A stretch of 64,000 bases of DNA from an uncultured Planctomycetota bacterium (GCA_963849325.1 CAWKHF010000012.1:1344001-1408000), one strand, 5' to 3'. Positions 11,239 through 22,772 are shown, numbered from the stretch's first letter. Numbers and translations: made by a program. The notes: generated by a model from the letters alone, not told the origin.

Positions 11239-12759
11239 GGGTGTGCAGCTGTTACTTGGGTGGGAAATTTGCGTCTGCCCGTGGTAGGGTGAATGGCGAT
11301 CGGAAATCCACCCCTCCTTCTCGCACCCGGAGTTTTGCCATGTCCGCACGAAGCGGATGATGCCGCGGCGACCCAGACCCGCGAAGAACGCATCGAAGCC
11401 ATCCTGAAGCAACTGCGGCCGAAGATCGAGGCGACCGTTCGCCGCCTGGTGGAGCGGGCCGTGGACGTGCCCGGAGGCGGAGGAGTTCGGCGCCATCGAC
11501 TTCGAGTTCCGCGACGCGGGACAAGAACTGGCCAACGAGGTCCGGCAAGCCAGTGTGGCGAGCCGGAAAAAAAGGGCTACGTAGGCTGCAGCGTGACGTG
11601 CCACGCACTGCGCGCTACGCCGCCAAGTTTCACTCGTACCAGCGGCGGCGGATCGTGACGGCGCATGGGGCCGTCGGGGTGCAACGGGCCTACTACTACT
11701 GCGGCCGGTGCCGGCAGAGCTTTCTTCCCTACGACGAGGCGTTGGGCTTGGTGGACGAGGTCAGCCCCGGCCTGATGCCGCTGGTCTGCTCTGGCGGGGA
11801 CGCTGCTGCCGTTCGCCGATGCGGCCGGGGACCTGCTGCAGCGGTTCGCCGGCGTGCGACTGTCGGCCTCGACGGTGCTGCGCGACACGGAAGGGCGAAG
11901 GCGAGCGGCTGCGGGCGCAGCAGAAGGCGGGGCGGATGGTCGAGCCGACGCAGCCGGAGCCTGCCTGGACCGCCGCACGCGGGAGCCGGCCAACCGGCGG
12001 CCTACGTGGGCCTGGATGCGTTCAGCGTGCCGATGCAAGGCATCGGGGCGGGCAAGGCCGAGCACCGCATGCTCTACACCGCCTTGCTGTATACGCCGGG
12101 CAAGGAACACAGCCGCTACCTGGTCGATTTTGAACTGGACGCCTTGGCGGAGCAGGTGCGGTCGCAGGCGCGGGCGTTGGGCGTCGCCCAGGTCAGCGAC
12201 CTGATCGCGATCACCGACGGGGGCAACGGGTTGGAGGAGGCGTTGCAGCGTCACCTGGCCGAGGACCTGCACGACGATCCTGGACTGGTATCACGCGGCC
12301 GAACACCTGTGCGACTTCGCCAAGGGTCTGGCACGCGCGACGACGAAGCGGCGCGTACGCAATGGCAGACCGAGGCGAAGGGGATCCTCTACGAGCAAGG
12401 GGGCGAAGCGTTGCTGACGCTACTTGCAGGCGTTGGCGTTGCCGGCGGGCGCGTCGGCGACAGGTGCGGGAGGAGTTGCGGAAGCTGATCGGCTACTTCA
12501 CGAACAACCGCCATCGCACGGATTACCCGAGCGTACCGGCGCAAGGGTTGGGACATCGGCAGCGGCCCGACGGAGGCGGGCTGCAAGATCATCGGGGAAC
12601 GCTTGAAAGGATCGGGCATGCGTTGGGTCGAGGACGGCGCGGTCACGGTGGCTTCCTTGCGTGCTTTGTACGTCAGCGGCGGCAAAATCTGGGACGGCTT
12701 CTGGGCCCAGCCACGCCGCCGCGCGGCCTGAATGTCACCCAAGTAAAAGATGCACACCC
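11239..12759 (+). mobile_element. Insertion sequence, ISKra4-like (IS256 superfamily), 1521 bp
   Basis: 24-bp TIRs GGGTGTGCAGCTGTTACTTGGGTG / GGGTGTGCATCTTTTACTTGGGTG (22/24); 9-bp target duplication AGGGAAAGA at 11230-11238 and 12760-12768. Confidence 0.93.
11340..12731 (+). CDS. ISKra4-family transposase (OrfA/OrfB junction at A7 run near 11567, plus further indels)
   Basis: RAYYYCGRC zinc ribbon, YVGLDAFSVP, ITDGGNG, LDWYHAAEHL, IGSGPTEAGCK, RLKGSGMRW motifs across frames; start approximate. Confidence 0.88.
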
Positions 12760-12960
12760 AGGGAAAGAGGGAAAGAAAGATCCAGATAAGTTTTTGGACC
12801 ATGCCCGCGGGGAACGTCCGCGAAATCGAGGTCGTCCTCCCACCCGAAGAATTTGCGAAAATGGCCAAGGAGGTGCCCTATACCCTCCACCCCGTCAACG
12901 CCAATCCACGCTATCCGTGGAAGGTCCGCGAGGGCGTTACGATCATCCGCGAATAAGGTA

Positions 12961-13539
12961 TCACGCCCACGCCGTCGGTTCGAGCAGGCGGTCCAGTGCC
13001 CGCAGCACGTCGTCGAACGCCTGCTCGTCCAGCACCGGCGCCGCTCCTTCGGTTGTCAGATCGCGGTCCAGCTCAACCCAGCTGCGGCAGCCGGCGTACT
13101 CGGCCGTCTCGGTCAGCTCGTGAATGATCGGTGAGCGATAGACGCGCACCGGCAGGACGTACAACTCCGGCCGGCGGTACTCGAAGCGCGCCTGCACCGT
13201 CTCCTGCGACCAGCCGTGCATGCCGGCCAACTTCCAGGCGGCGGTCAGATCGTGGACGTGATAAATACCGGCCACCTCGGCCAAGTGCGACAGGCGGACC
13301 ACTCCCGACGGCGGCCGTTCCGCCTCGACCTGCTCCAGGAGCGGCACCATCTCCGGCGTGATGCCGTCCTTCTGCTGATGCACGTAGGTCGGGTACAGCC
13401 AGAAGCGCGTATGCTCGACGCGGAAGACGCCGCCGTCCTCGGCGATGCCGCCCTTGCGCAGGATCAGCGCTTGCCGGCCCTCGGCCAAAGCGCGACAGAT
13501 GACGGCCCATTCCTTGAAGGCATGGCGAAGGGTGCTCAT
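12961..13539 (-). CDS. DUF1802 family protein
   Basis: AFKEWAVICRALAEGRQALILRKGGI...FWLYPTYVHQ...YAGCRSWV. Confidence 0.9.
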   Translation of the reverse strand: MSTLRHAFKEWAVICRALAEGRQALILRKGGIAEDGGVFRVEHTRFWLYPTYVHQQKDGITPEMVPLLEQVEAERPPSGVVRLSHLAEVAGIYHVHDLTAAWKLAGMHGWSQETVQARFEYRRPELYVLPVRVYRSPIIHELTETAEYAGCRSWVELDRDLTTEGAAPVLDEQAFDDVLRALDRLLEPTAWA

Positions 13540-14567
13540 AGCGATTCCGCCTCTCCCTTGGGTGAGCGCAGCATCAGGTCGGTGACGGCGGCGCGCGGAT
13601 CCTTGTCCTCGTACAGCACGCGGTAGACCTCCGCCGTGATCGGCATGTCGAGACCCATTTGGGCGGCCCGCTCGTGGACGCTGCGGCGGTGTAGGCGCCC
13701 TCGGCCACCATGGTCATGCCGGCCTGAATGTCGGTCCAGCGTTCGCCGCCGGCCAGGCGCTGGCCGACGCGGTGATTGCGGCCGTGCGGACTGACGCAGG
13801 TGGTGATGAGGTCGCCCAGGCCGGCCAGGCCGGCGAACGTCCGCGCCTCCGCTCCCAGGGCGACGCCGAAGCGCGTCATCTCGACCAGACCCCGCGTCAG
13901 CAGCGCCGCCTTGGCGTTGTCGCCCAGGCCCAGGCCGTCGTTGATGCCGGCGGCGATGCCGATGATGTTCTTCAGCGCCCCGGCCAGCTCGACGCCGACC
14001 GGGTCGGGGTTGGTGTACACGCGGAAGCGCTCGGTGCCGAACATCTGCTGGATGGACCGAGCCAGCTCGAGATGGCGGCTGGCGACGACCACGGACGCCG
14101 GCAGGCCGCGGCTGGTCTCCTCGGCGTGGCTGGGTCCGCTGAGCACGGCCACCTTCTCGACGCCGAGCACCTGCGACACAATCTCGGTCGGCCGCAGGAA
14201 CGTGCCATTCTCCAGCCCCTTGGTCAGACTCAGTACCGGCGGCCCCGGCCGCACCGCCGACGCGATGCGGCTCAGCGTCGCGCCGGAGGTAGATCGTCGG
14301 GATGGCGGCCACCCACAGTTCGGCGCCGGCGACGGCTTGCGGAATGTCCGTGGTCAGCTCGACCGCCGGCGGGATGGGTACGCCGGGCAGCAGCCGGACA
14401 TTTTCGCGGTGCCGCTGCAACAGCCGGCCGTTGTCCTCGCGCGCACTCCACAGGCAGACGCGATGGTGCGGATTCCGGGCCAGGAGCAGGGCGATGGCCG
14501 TGCCCCAGGCGCCGTCGCCGAGGATGACAATCGCGGTGCGCATGTCAAAACGACTCGCCGCGTCCAT
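13536..14567 (-). CDS. gpsA: NAD(P)H-dependent glycerol-3-phosphate dehydrogenase (frameshifted)
   Basis: GDGAWGTA, SLTKGLE, LSGPSHAEE, GVELAGALKNIIGIAAG, GLGDNAKAALLTRG, GLGDLITTC; start 14567 or 14543. Confidence 0.95.
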   Translation of the reverse strand: MDAASRFDMRTAIVILGDGAWGTAIALLLARNPHHRVCLWSAREDNGRLLQRHRENVRLLPGVPIPPAVELTTDIPQAVAGAELWVAAIPTIYLRRDAEPHRVGGAAGAAGTESDQGAGEWHVPAADRDCVAGARRREGGRAQRTQPRRGDQPRPAGVRGRRQPPSRAGSVHPADVRHRALPRVHQPRPGRRRAGRGAEEHHRHRRRHQRRPGPGRQRQGGAADAGSGRDDALRRRPGSGGADVRRPGRPGRPHHHLRQSARPQSPRRPAPGRRRTLDRHSGRHDHGGRGRLHRRSVHERAAQMGLDMPITAEVYRVLYEDKDPRAAVTDLMLRSPKGEAESL

Positions 14568-14577
14568 AAATCCCTCT

Positions 14578-14646
14578 CGTTTAGCCGCGACGCGCAGCGG
14601 AGCGCGGGAATACTCCCGCGCTCCGCTGCGCGTCGCGGCTAAACGG
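14578..14646. repeat. REP-like palindrome, family C
   Basis: Near-identical to 2019-2092. Confidence 0.9.
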
Positions 14647-14967
14647 GGAACTGCCTTCATCATAGTCCCGGCCAGCGCGACGAGCCAGCCGCGCCGGTAG
14701 GCTGTGCCGGATGGGGCGGCCGGCGCTCGGCCGATTTCGGCGGAAATTCGCAAGTCGGCGCGTCGTCCGTGCCGATGGAGGAGGGGAGAGGATTGACGCC
14801 TGCTCCGTAAAGCGCTCCCGTGGAGGGGCCGGAGCCGGCCGTCGGCGGAAGAGGCAATCCCGGCCGGTTCCGCCGATGCTCGAAGGACTCCGGCCGGGGG
14901 GGCCTTGATGCGGCTCTCGTAGGCAGACCGCGGCCCCGTGGACGTTTTGTGGCCTGGAGGATCAGCT

Positions 14968-15192
14968 ATGGCCGCGCATCTTCGTGTCTATCCGCTGGCG
15001 AAGGACGACCTCAACGTGGAGGGACAGGAGCCGACCGTCCGCGTCAGCCTGGGCGACTTGCTACCCCTGGTGGCCCTGGCGCACCGGCACAATTACCTTT
15101 GGCTTCAGGATTTTCTGGAGGACGAGGTGACTATCACCTCCGACCTCTATGAAGTGCTGCGCGCCTTCCGCTGTCATCGCCCCTCCGCCTGA
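14968..15192 (+). CDS. Small hypothetical protein
   Basis: GGAGG RBS; host-like codon usage; MAAHLRVYPL...WLQDFLEDEVTITSDLYEVL. Confidence 0.7.
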   Translation: MAAHLRVYPLAKDDLNVEGQEPTVRVSLGDLLPLVALAHRHNYLWLQDFLEDEVTITSDLYEVLRAFRCHRPSA

Positions 15193-15231
15193 GCCGTAGG
15201 GGCCGCTTCTCCCGCGGAACGTCCCTCGCCT

Positions 15232-16094
15232 TCACTCCTCGTCGTCGGGCAGGTCGGAGAGCAGTTCGGGCTTGCCCAGCTGGCTGAGATCGACCTGGCC
15301 GCGGACTTCGCCCTCCACCAGTTTCAGCCGCGCTTCCAGTTCGCGCAGACGGGCCTGTACGGACTCGAATTTCGCCGACAGGTCGTCGCGCGGCCGGGGC
15401 GCGGGACTTCGGGGTAATTGAGCTGACGCTGCAAGGCGGCGAACAGGTACAATGGGTCGCGCCCTCGGTTGGCCCCCGCGATCTTGCCTTCCTTGGCCCC
15501 CAGCACCGGCGGCACCGGCGGTTGATAGTCCGGCTCCTGCCGCCTCCGTTCGCTCACGTACGACTCCGAACGCAGGTACACCATCTCGGCGAAGTCCACC
15601 ACGCCGATCTGTTGCCGGACCATGTCCAAAAAATCGCGCCACTCCGGCGGATAGAAGGGGTCGTGGGCCATGCTGGTCAGCCCCTCGTCGTAGCCGAGCC
15701 GGTTGCGGCACAACACCTCGAATTGATAGACGAACAGGCCCGAGGGGGTGGGAGTGCCGGCCCGATATTCCGCCTCGCGCTGGAGCACGAGCAGGGCCGT
15801 CTCGGCGCTGAAGCGCAGCCCTTCCTCCTCGGTACTCTTGACGATGAACGCCTGGAACGGCGCGAAGTAGTGCGGCAGACGAGCGAAGCCGGACGACAGC
15901 AGGCCGGTGTGCTTGACCTCGGCGGTCAAAAACTGGATGGCGTAGGGCAGCCGCGTCGTGGCCAGGATCTCCTGGCCGACGTGTTCCAGCACTTCTTGCG
16001 TGGCCACGCCCTCGATCAGGCGCTCGCGCATGACGCGGAAAAGATACGCCTGCTCGATGTACTCTTCTCGGTCGAGGACAGTGGCGGTGCTCAT
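15232..16094 (-). CDS. Conserved hypothetical protein (frameshift near 15390)
   Basis: MSTATVLDREEYIEQAYLFR...ALQRQLNYPEVP then coiled-coil tail LRELEARLKLVEGE in the adjacent frame. Confidence 0.8.
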
Positions 16095-16125
16095 GCCGCC
16101 ATCATATCCCACGGCCGCATCGGTC

Positions 16126-16614
16126 TCAAGAAGCGCGTCGGCGTTGGTCGTCGCCGTGCGACGGCGGCGGCAGCGTCTTGAACAGACCGCGGATCAGCCC
16201 CTCGGAGTCGTTCCCCTCCAAGGATTGCCGCTGCGCCTGGCCCAGCTCGACGAGGAACGTGAAACCGCCGATGCGGAGGAGGTCGCCCGGCTGCACGGCG
16301 GCCTGACGGATGGGCCTGTCGTTGAGGAAGACGCCGTTGAGGCTGTTCAGGTCAACCACCTGCCAGGCGCCGCCGCCGAAAAGGAGACGGCAGTGACGTC
16401 GGCTGACATCGGGCAGCGGCAAGCGGACGTCGGCCTGGCTGTGCCGGCCGATGAGCATGTCCGGCTGGGTCAGCTCAATGGTCGCGCCGCTGGGTTGCAG
16501 GACGAGTCGCAGCGGCACGAAGTCCGCCGGCACCGGCATGGCCAGGGGAGTGCGCCAGTGCGGTCCCGATACGGGGAGATCCCCGGCCTGCGCGGAAGGT
16601 TCCGAAATGTCCAT
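16126..16614 (-). CDS. FHA domain-containing protein
   Basis: LIGRHSQADVRL...VSRRHC...DLNSLNGVFLN...GDLLRIG. Confidence 0.93.
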   Translation of the reverse strand: MDISEPSAQAGDLPVSGPHWRTPLAMPVPADFVPLRLVLQPSGATIELTQPDMLIGRHSQADVRLPLPDVSRRHCRLLFGGGAWQVVDLNSLNGVFLNDRPIRQAAVQPGDLLRIGGFTFLVELGQAQRQSLEGNDSEGLIRGLFKTLPPPSHGDDQRRRAS

Positions 16615-16938
16615 GATCGATCTCTGTTCCGAGGGCAGGAGGGCGAGGCCGTCTCATCGCAGCGGCTTATACCAGAAAGAAGCGGCATGGGAAAAGACGA
16701 GTCGGCCGTCGGCGACGTTCGCCGGATCGGACTATACCGATTTCACGTCCTCTTCCACGTCTGCGGCAAACTCCCACGGATTCGGCACGGACTTCCTGAA
16801 TTGCCTCCTTTTTCTCTCAAGCGGACTTTGCGCCATCGGTCCAATCGGGCACATTTGATCCAGCCGCAACGGGCGCTGCGCGGCGCGGGACCGATGCGGG
16901 CACGTGGGAATCGGAACCGTATGGCGAGGAGTCCAGAG

Positions 16939-19204
16939 ATGAGGCTGAAGGTCGCGTTTCCGCTGGTCGCCGTGCTCGCCGTGGCGATGCTGGCGGACCC
17001 GGCGCGAGCGTCGCACTGCGGCGCCTGCTGCTATCCCGTCCAGTGTTGCAGTCCCGAGCAGTGCTGTTTGCCGGCCATCCGCTACCGGGTGTGCTATCAA
17101 ACCGTGTACGAAGATCGGACCTGCATTTGCTATCGTCCGGTCTACCGAACGGTCATGAAGGAATGCCGCACGGTCTGCTATCGTCCTGTCTACGAGCAGC
17201 ACGTCCGGCAGCATTGCTACACCGTCTGCCGGCCGGTCTACGAGGATTACAATGTCGTCCGCAAGTACACCGTCTGCCGGCCCGTCTACGAACAGCACGT
17301 TCGGAAATGCTGCTACACGACGTACAAGCCGTGCTGGCAGGAATACCAGGTGCCGCAGTATTACTGCACCTCGCATCCCGTTTACCAGCACCACGTTCGC
17401 AAGTGCTGCTACACGACATACAAGCCGTGCTGGCAGGAATACCAGGTGCCGCAGTATTACTGCACCTCGCATCCCGTTTACCAGCACCACGTTCGCAAGT
17501 GCTGCTACACGACATACAAGCCGTGCTGGCAGGAATACCAGGTGCCGCAGTATTACTGCACCTCGCACCCGGTCTACCAGCAGCACGTTCGCAAGTGCTG
17601 TTACACGACATACAAGCCGTGCTGGCAGGAATACCAGGTGCCGCAGTACTATTGCACGTCGCACCCGGTTTACCAGCACCACGTTCGGAAATGCTGCTAC
17701 ACGACATACAAGCCGTGTTGGCAGGAATACCAGGTGCCGCAGTATTACTGCACGTCGCACCCGGTTTACCAGCACCACGTTCGCAAGTGTTGCTATACCG
17801 TGTACAAGCCGGTATGGCAAGAATACCAGGTTCCGCAGCACTATTGCACCTATCGGCCGGTCTACCAGCAACACGTCTGCCAGGTGCCCGTCACCTGCTA
17901 CCGCACCGTCACGGAACCGCGACAGATGGTGTACCGTTATTGCACTCAGGAGCCGGTGTGGACGGAGCGTCCCATCACGGTCTGCACGGGTAGCTGGCAG
18001 GTGACGCAACATTACTGCCCCGGTCCCGTCGTCCACAAGTGCTGCCGTCAGCCCGGCACATGGTCTTTCGATCCGTGTACCTGCACGTCGCACTACTGCC
18101 CCGGTCCCGTCGTCAGCTACGCGGTGCAGTGCCCCGGCCATTGGGTGTGCAACCGCGTCTGGGTACCGCGCCAGGAAGTCCGCATGGTCCGCTGCTGCCA
18201 TTACGTCCCGCGCGAGCACTGCCAGACGGTCAATTACACCGTCTGCAAGCTCGTGCCCTACACCGTCATGAAGCAGAACTGCTACACGACCTGCCACATG
18301 GTCCGCGAGGACCACTGCCGCATGATTACTTGCCGCAAGTGCTGCATGGTGCCGCAGGTCAAGGAAGTCTGCATCCCCTACACGACCTGCAAGATGGTCA
18401 CGCAACAGCACTGCCGCATGATTACCTGCCGCAAATGCTACATGGTGCCGCAGGTCAAGGAGGTGTGCATCCCGTACACCACCTGCCACATGGTTACGCA
18501 GCAGCATTGCCGTATGCTCACCTGCCGCAAATGCTACATGGTGCCGCAGGTCAAGGAAGTCTGTATTCCGTACACCACCTGCCACATGGTCACGCAACAG
18601 CATTGCCGCATGATTACCTGCCGCAAATGCTACATGGTGCCGCAGGTCAAGGAAGTCTGCATCCCCTACACGACCTGCAAGATGGTCACGCAACAGCACT
18701 GCCGCATGATTACCTGCCGCAAGTGCTACATGGTGCCGCACGTCAAGGAGGTGTGCATTCCGTACACCACCTGCCACATGGTCACGCAACAGCATTGCCG
18801 CATGATTACCTGCCGGAAATGCTACATGGTGCCGCAGGTCAAGGAAGTTTGCATCCCCTACACGACCTGCCACATGGTCCCGGAGGAACGGTGTGAGGTA
18901 ATCAAGTGCCAGCGCTGCCGCTGGATCCCCGAACAGCGGACGTGCCTGGTGCCCTACGTCACCTGCCGGGTGATCGCCGAGGAGAAAGTACACCTGGTGC
19001 CGTACACCGACCTGCCACATGCAGCCGTATTGCGTCACCTACAAGGTGTGCCGCCAGGTGCCGGTGTGTGTGCCGGAGTGTCCGCCGCCCTGCCCGCCGG
19101 CGGTGCCGGTCGGCCAGCGCCTGAGCAACGCGGAATGGTTCGCGCGCGTGGTCCATCGGGCCTCGCAAGAGAGCAATGGCGTCATCCCGGCGTCCGCACG
19201 ATGA
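16939..19204 (+). CDS. Secreted Cys/Tyr/Val-rich repeat protein (YTV-like planctomycete envelope protein); one frameshift near 19010
   Basis: GAGGAG RBS, signal peptide MRLKVAFPLVAVLAVAMLADPARA, YTVCRPVY-type repeats; C-terminus continues in ORF 19019-19204. Confidence 0.85.
17308..17883 (+). repeat. Coding tandem repeat, 6 x 96 bp (CCYTTYKPCWQEYQVPQYYCTSHPVYQHHVRK)
   Basis: Five near-identical units plus one variant. Confidence 0.95.
18274..18849 (+). repeat. Coding tandem repeat, 6 x 96 bp (CIPYTTCHMVTQQHCRMITCRKCYMVPQVKEV)
   Basis: One variant plus five near-identical units, then a partial unit. Confidence 0.95.
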
Positions 19205-19225
19205 AATCGGCAAACGGCAGAAATG

Positions 19226-19274
19226 CAACGGGCCGGGAGACAGGGCGACCTGTCTCCCGGCCCGTTGTCCTTTT
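19226..19274 (+). terminator. Intrinsic terminator between convergent genes
   Basis: caacgggccgggagacagg-gcga-cctgtctcccggcccgttg then tcctttt. Confidence 0.75.
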
Positions 19275-19297
19275 GCCCCTATCCAGGCAGGAGAGGA

Positions 19298-20287
<990 letters not shown>

Positions 20288-20600
20288 GATTCGGCTCCTC
20301 TCGAAAAGAGAAAACGGACAAGCGGGCGTCAACGAGCGAACCTAGAGTTCAACTATCCTAATGGCTCGTCCGCCCGCAAGGGGTTCGCGGCCTATTCATG
20401 GAACCTCCTTGTTTTCCTCATGTTTTTCGCTCCGATTGTTCACATTACAGCTGTTGAAAGGGGATAAACTTCTTGCAAGAATGGCTTCGTCTTCCTTCTC
20501 TTCGCTACGTTCGCCGCTCATTTCGCCGTTGTCTTCTCGCGTCGCTTGCGGTTATCTTCATGGGCCGACCCGAAGGCTCTCGCAGAGGGTTTCCGAACGC

Positions 20601-20628
20601 TTTGAAAATCCGAAACCCGCCCTATAAT
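20601..20628 (+). promoter_or_regulatory. Possible sigma70-type promoter for mqnA
   Basis: TTGAAA at 20602, TATAAT at 20623; spacer short (15 bp). Confidence 0.4.
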
Positions 20629-20675
20629 GCGGCTGGAAGGGATAAGGATTCGGCGGGACGGAGGGAGGAGAGGTC

Positions 20676-21503
20676 ATGGAGCATCCGGTTCGCATCGGCG
20701 CGGTGAACTACCTCAACACCAAGCCGCTCATCTGCGACCTGGAGCGGCTGGCGCCGCGGGCGGAGTTGGTACTGGAGGTGCCGAGCCGTCTGGCGGACCT
20801 GCTGGCCGAGGGCCGGCTCGACGTGGCCCTGGTCCCGGTCATCGAGTATTTTCGGGCCGGCTGCTATGCGATCGTGCCGAACATTGCCATCGCCTCGCGC
20901 GGCCCGGTGCTGAGCGTGACGCTGTTCAGCCGGGTGCCGTGGCCGGCCATCCGCCGCGTCGCCCTGGACGCCGGCTCGCGCACCAGTGCGGCGCTGGTGC
21001 AAATCCTGCTCGGCAAGCGTTATGGTGTGTCCGCTGAGGTGGTGTCGCTGCCTTTGGACCGCGGCGCCGAGGACGCGGACGCCGATGCCGTGCTGTTGAT
21101 TGGCGATCGCGCCATGCGGGCGTGCCTGCCCGGTTTCCAACACGCCTTCGACCTCGGGCAGGAATGGTTCGACTGGACCGGCCTGCCGTTCGTCTACGCC
21201 GTGTGGGCGGTGCGCGCCGGCGTCGATTTGTGCGGCGTGGACGAGGCGCTGTTGCAGGCCAAGCAGCGCGGATTGGACCGCGTCGGCTCCATCGCTCACG
21301 ACGAGGCGCCGCGGCTGGGACTGGACGCCGGTTTCTGCCGCCGTTACCTGGCCAACATTCTGCACTTTGACCTGGGGCCGCGCGAGCAAGCCGGGCTGCA
21401 CCGCTACTACGCGCTGGCCTGCGAAATGGGACTGGCCCAGCGAGGAGTGAATTTGGAATACTACGGTTCTTCTCGTGAGCTCATCCACTCCAACAAGGAT
21501 TGA
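20676..21503 (+). CDS. mqnA: Chorismate dehydratase (futalosine pathway)
   Basis: RIGAVNYLNTKPL, GPVLSV, SRTSAAL, LLIGDRAM, DLGQEW..WTGLPFVYAVW. Confidence 0.93.
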   Translation: MEHPVRIGAVNYLNTKPLICDLERLAPRAELVLEVPSRLADLLAEGRLDVALVPVIEYFRAGCYAIVPNIAIASRGPVLSVTLFSRVPWPAIRRVALDAGSRTSAALVQILLGKRYGVSAEVVSLPLDRGAEDADADAVLLIGDRAMRACLPGFQHAFDLGQEWFDWTGLPFVYAVWAVRAGVDLCGVDEALLQAKQRGLDRVGSIAHDEAPRLGLDAGFCRRYLANILHFDLGPREQAGLHRYYALACEMGLAQRGVNLEYYGSSRELIHSNKD

Positions 21504-21507
21504 AATC

Positions 21508-21543
21508 ACAAGGCCGTTGACGGGGAGCGTCTGACCTTCGATG
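21508..21543 (+). pseudogene. Diverged 36-bp remnant of the mqnC 5' region
   Basis: 28/36 identity to 21625-21660; KAVDGERLTFD vs KAVNGQRLTFD. Confidence 0.7.
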
Positions 21544-21596
21544 CTTAACCCCAACTATCCAGAAAAACAAGGTTAAGAAGACAACAGAGGGCGGAA

Positions 21597-22709
21597 ATGG
21601 TCTTCGCGGTGCAGAAGATCCTGGACAAGGCAGTGAACGGCCAACGGCTGACCTTCGACGAGGGCATGGCCCTTTTCGACAGCCACGACCTGCCGGCGCT
21701 GGGCCGGGCCGCCGACGCCGTCTGCCGCCGCCTGCACCCCGAGCCGTACCGCACCTACAACATCGACCGTAACATCAATTACACCAACATCTGCGCCGCC
21801 GTTTGCGACTTCTGCGCTTTCTATCGCAAAAGCACCGACGCCGATGCCTACGTCCTGTCGCGCGAGGAAATCTACCAGAAGATCGAGGAGACCATCGCGC
21901 TGGGCGGCGATCAGACGCTCATGCAGGGCGGCATGCACCCCAGCCTGAAGCTGGAGTGGTACGAGGAACTGCTGCGCGACCTGAAAGCACGCTATCCGAA
22001 ATTCAACCTGCACGCCTTCAGTCCGCCGGAGATTTGGCACTTCCACAAGCTCAACAAGCTGCCGCTGCGCGAGGTGCTGCGGCGGCTCAAGGAGGCCGGA
22101 CTCGGCAGTCTGCCCGGTGGCGGCGGCGAAATCCTCGTCGATCGCGTTCGCAAGGCCATGACCGTCAACAAGTGCCTGACCGACGAGTGGCTCGAAGTGC
22201 ATCGCGTTTGGCACGAGCTGGGCGGTAAATCGACGTGTACGATGATGTTCGGCCACATCGAGACGCCGGCCGAGCGCATCGAGACGCTGGAGCGTCTGCG
22301 GCAGTTGCAGGACGAGACGGGCGGTTTCACGGCCTTCATCTGCTGGACGTTCCAGCCGGAGCACACGGCCATGGCCGACGTGCCGCCGGCCGGCGCCTTC
22401 GAGTACCTGAAAACCCAGGCCATCGCTCGGCTCTACCTCGACAACATCGCCAACATTCAGTCGTCGTGGGTAACACAGGGATTGAAGATCGGCCAGCTGG
22501 CGCTGTTCTTCGGCGCCAACGACATGGGCAGTCTGATGATCGAGGAGAACGTCGTCGCCTCGGCCGGCACGGTGCATTACCTGACGCTGGAACAGATCAA
22601 GAACGCCATCCGCGAGGCCGGATATGTCCCGCGCCAACGCAACGTCTTCTACGAGTACCTCGACGAACCGTTGGAAGAGCAGACCCAATGCATTTTGAAC
22701 CACGGATAA
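21597..22709 (+). CDS. mqnC: Cyclic dehypoxanthinyl futalosine synthase (radical SAM)
   Basis: DRNINYTNICAAVCDFCAFYR, LMQGGMHP, SLPGGGGEIL, TMMFGHIE, NIQSSWVTQG, GANDMGSLMIEENVV; next to mqnA. Confidence 0.93.
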   Translation: MVFAVQKILDKAVNGQRLTFDEGMALFDSHDLPALGRAADAVCRRLHPEPYRTYNIDRNINYTNICAAVCDFCAFYRKSTDADAYVLSREEIYQKIEETIALGGDQTLMQGGMHPSLKLEWYEELLRDLKARYPKFNLHAFSPPEIWHFHKLNKLPLREVLRRLKEAGLGSLPGGGGEILVDRVRKAMTVNKCLTDEWLEVHRVWHELGGKSTCTMMFGHIETPAERIETLERLRQLQDETGGFTAFICWTFQPEHTAMADVPPAGAFEYLKTQAIARLYLDNIANIQSSWVTQGLKIGQLALFFGANDMGSLMIEENVVASAGTVHYLTLEQIKNAIREAGYVPRQRNVFYEYLDEPLEEQTQCILNHG

Positions 22710-22772
22710 CACGGATGACACGGATAAAGAAAACCAGAACGCTTCTTGGGTTTTATCCGTTTTATCCGTGTC

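Larger units (their letters stand above)
11148..12956 (+). pseudogene. Small ORF remnant interrupted by the IS (11148-11238 joins 12769-12956 in frame)
   Basis: Removing the IS and one target copy gives ...RIQARKGKR|ERKIQISFWTMPAGNVREIEVV...IIRE* with no stop. Confidence 0.55.

Noticed and set aside
15958-16938. N-terminal 327 aa of the 1130-aa ORF
   Set aside because: Antisense shadow of the FHA and neighbouring genes; the real start is at 16939 (RBS and signal peptide).
17308-18849. 96-bp tandem arrays as a CRISPR array or DGR template/variable repeats
   Set aside because: No unique spacers, variation is mostly synonymous and in-frame, no A-specific mutation pattern, and no cas or RT gene.
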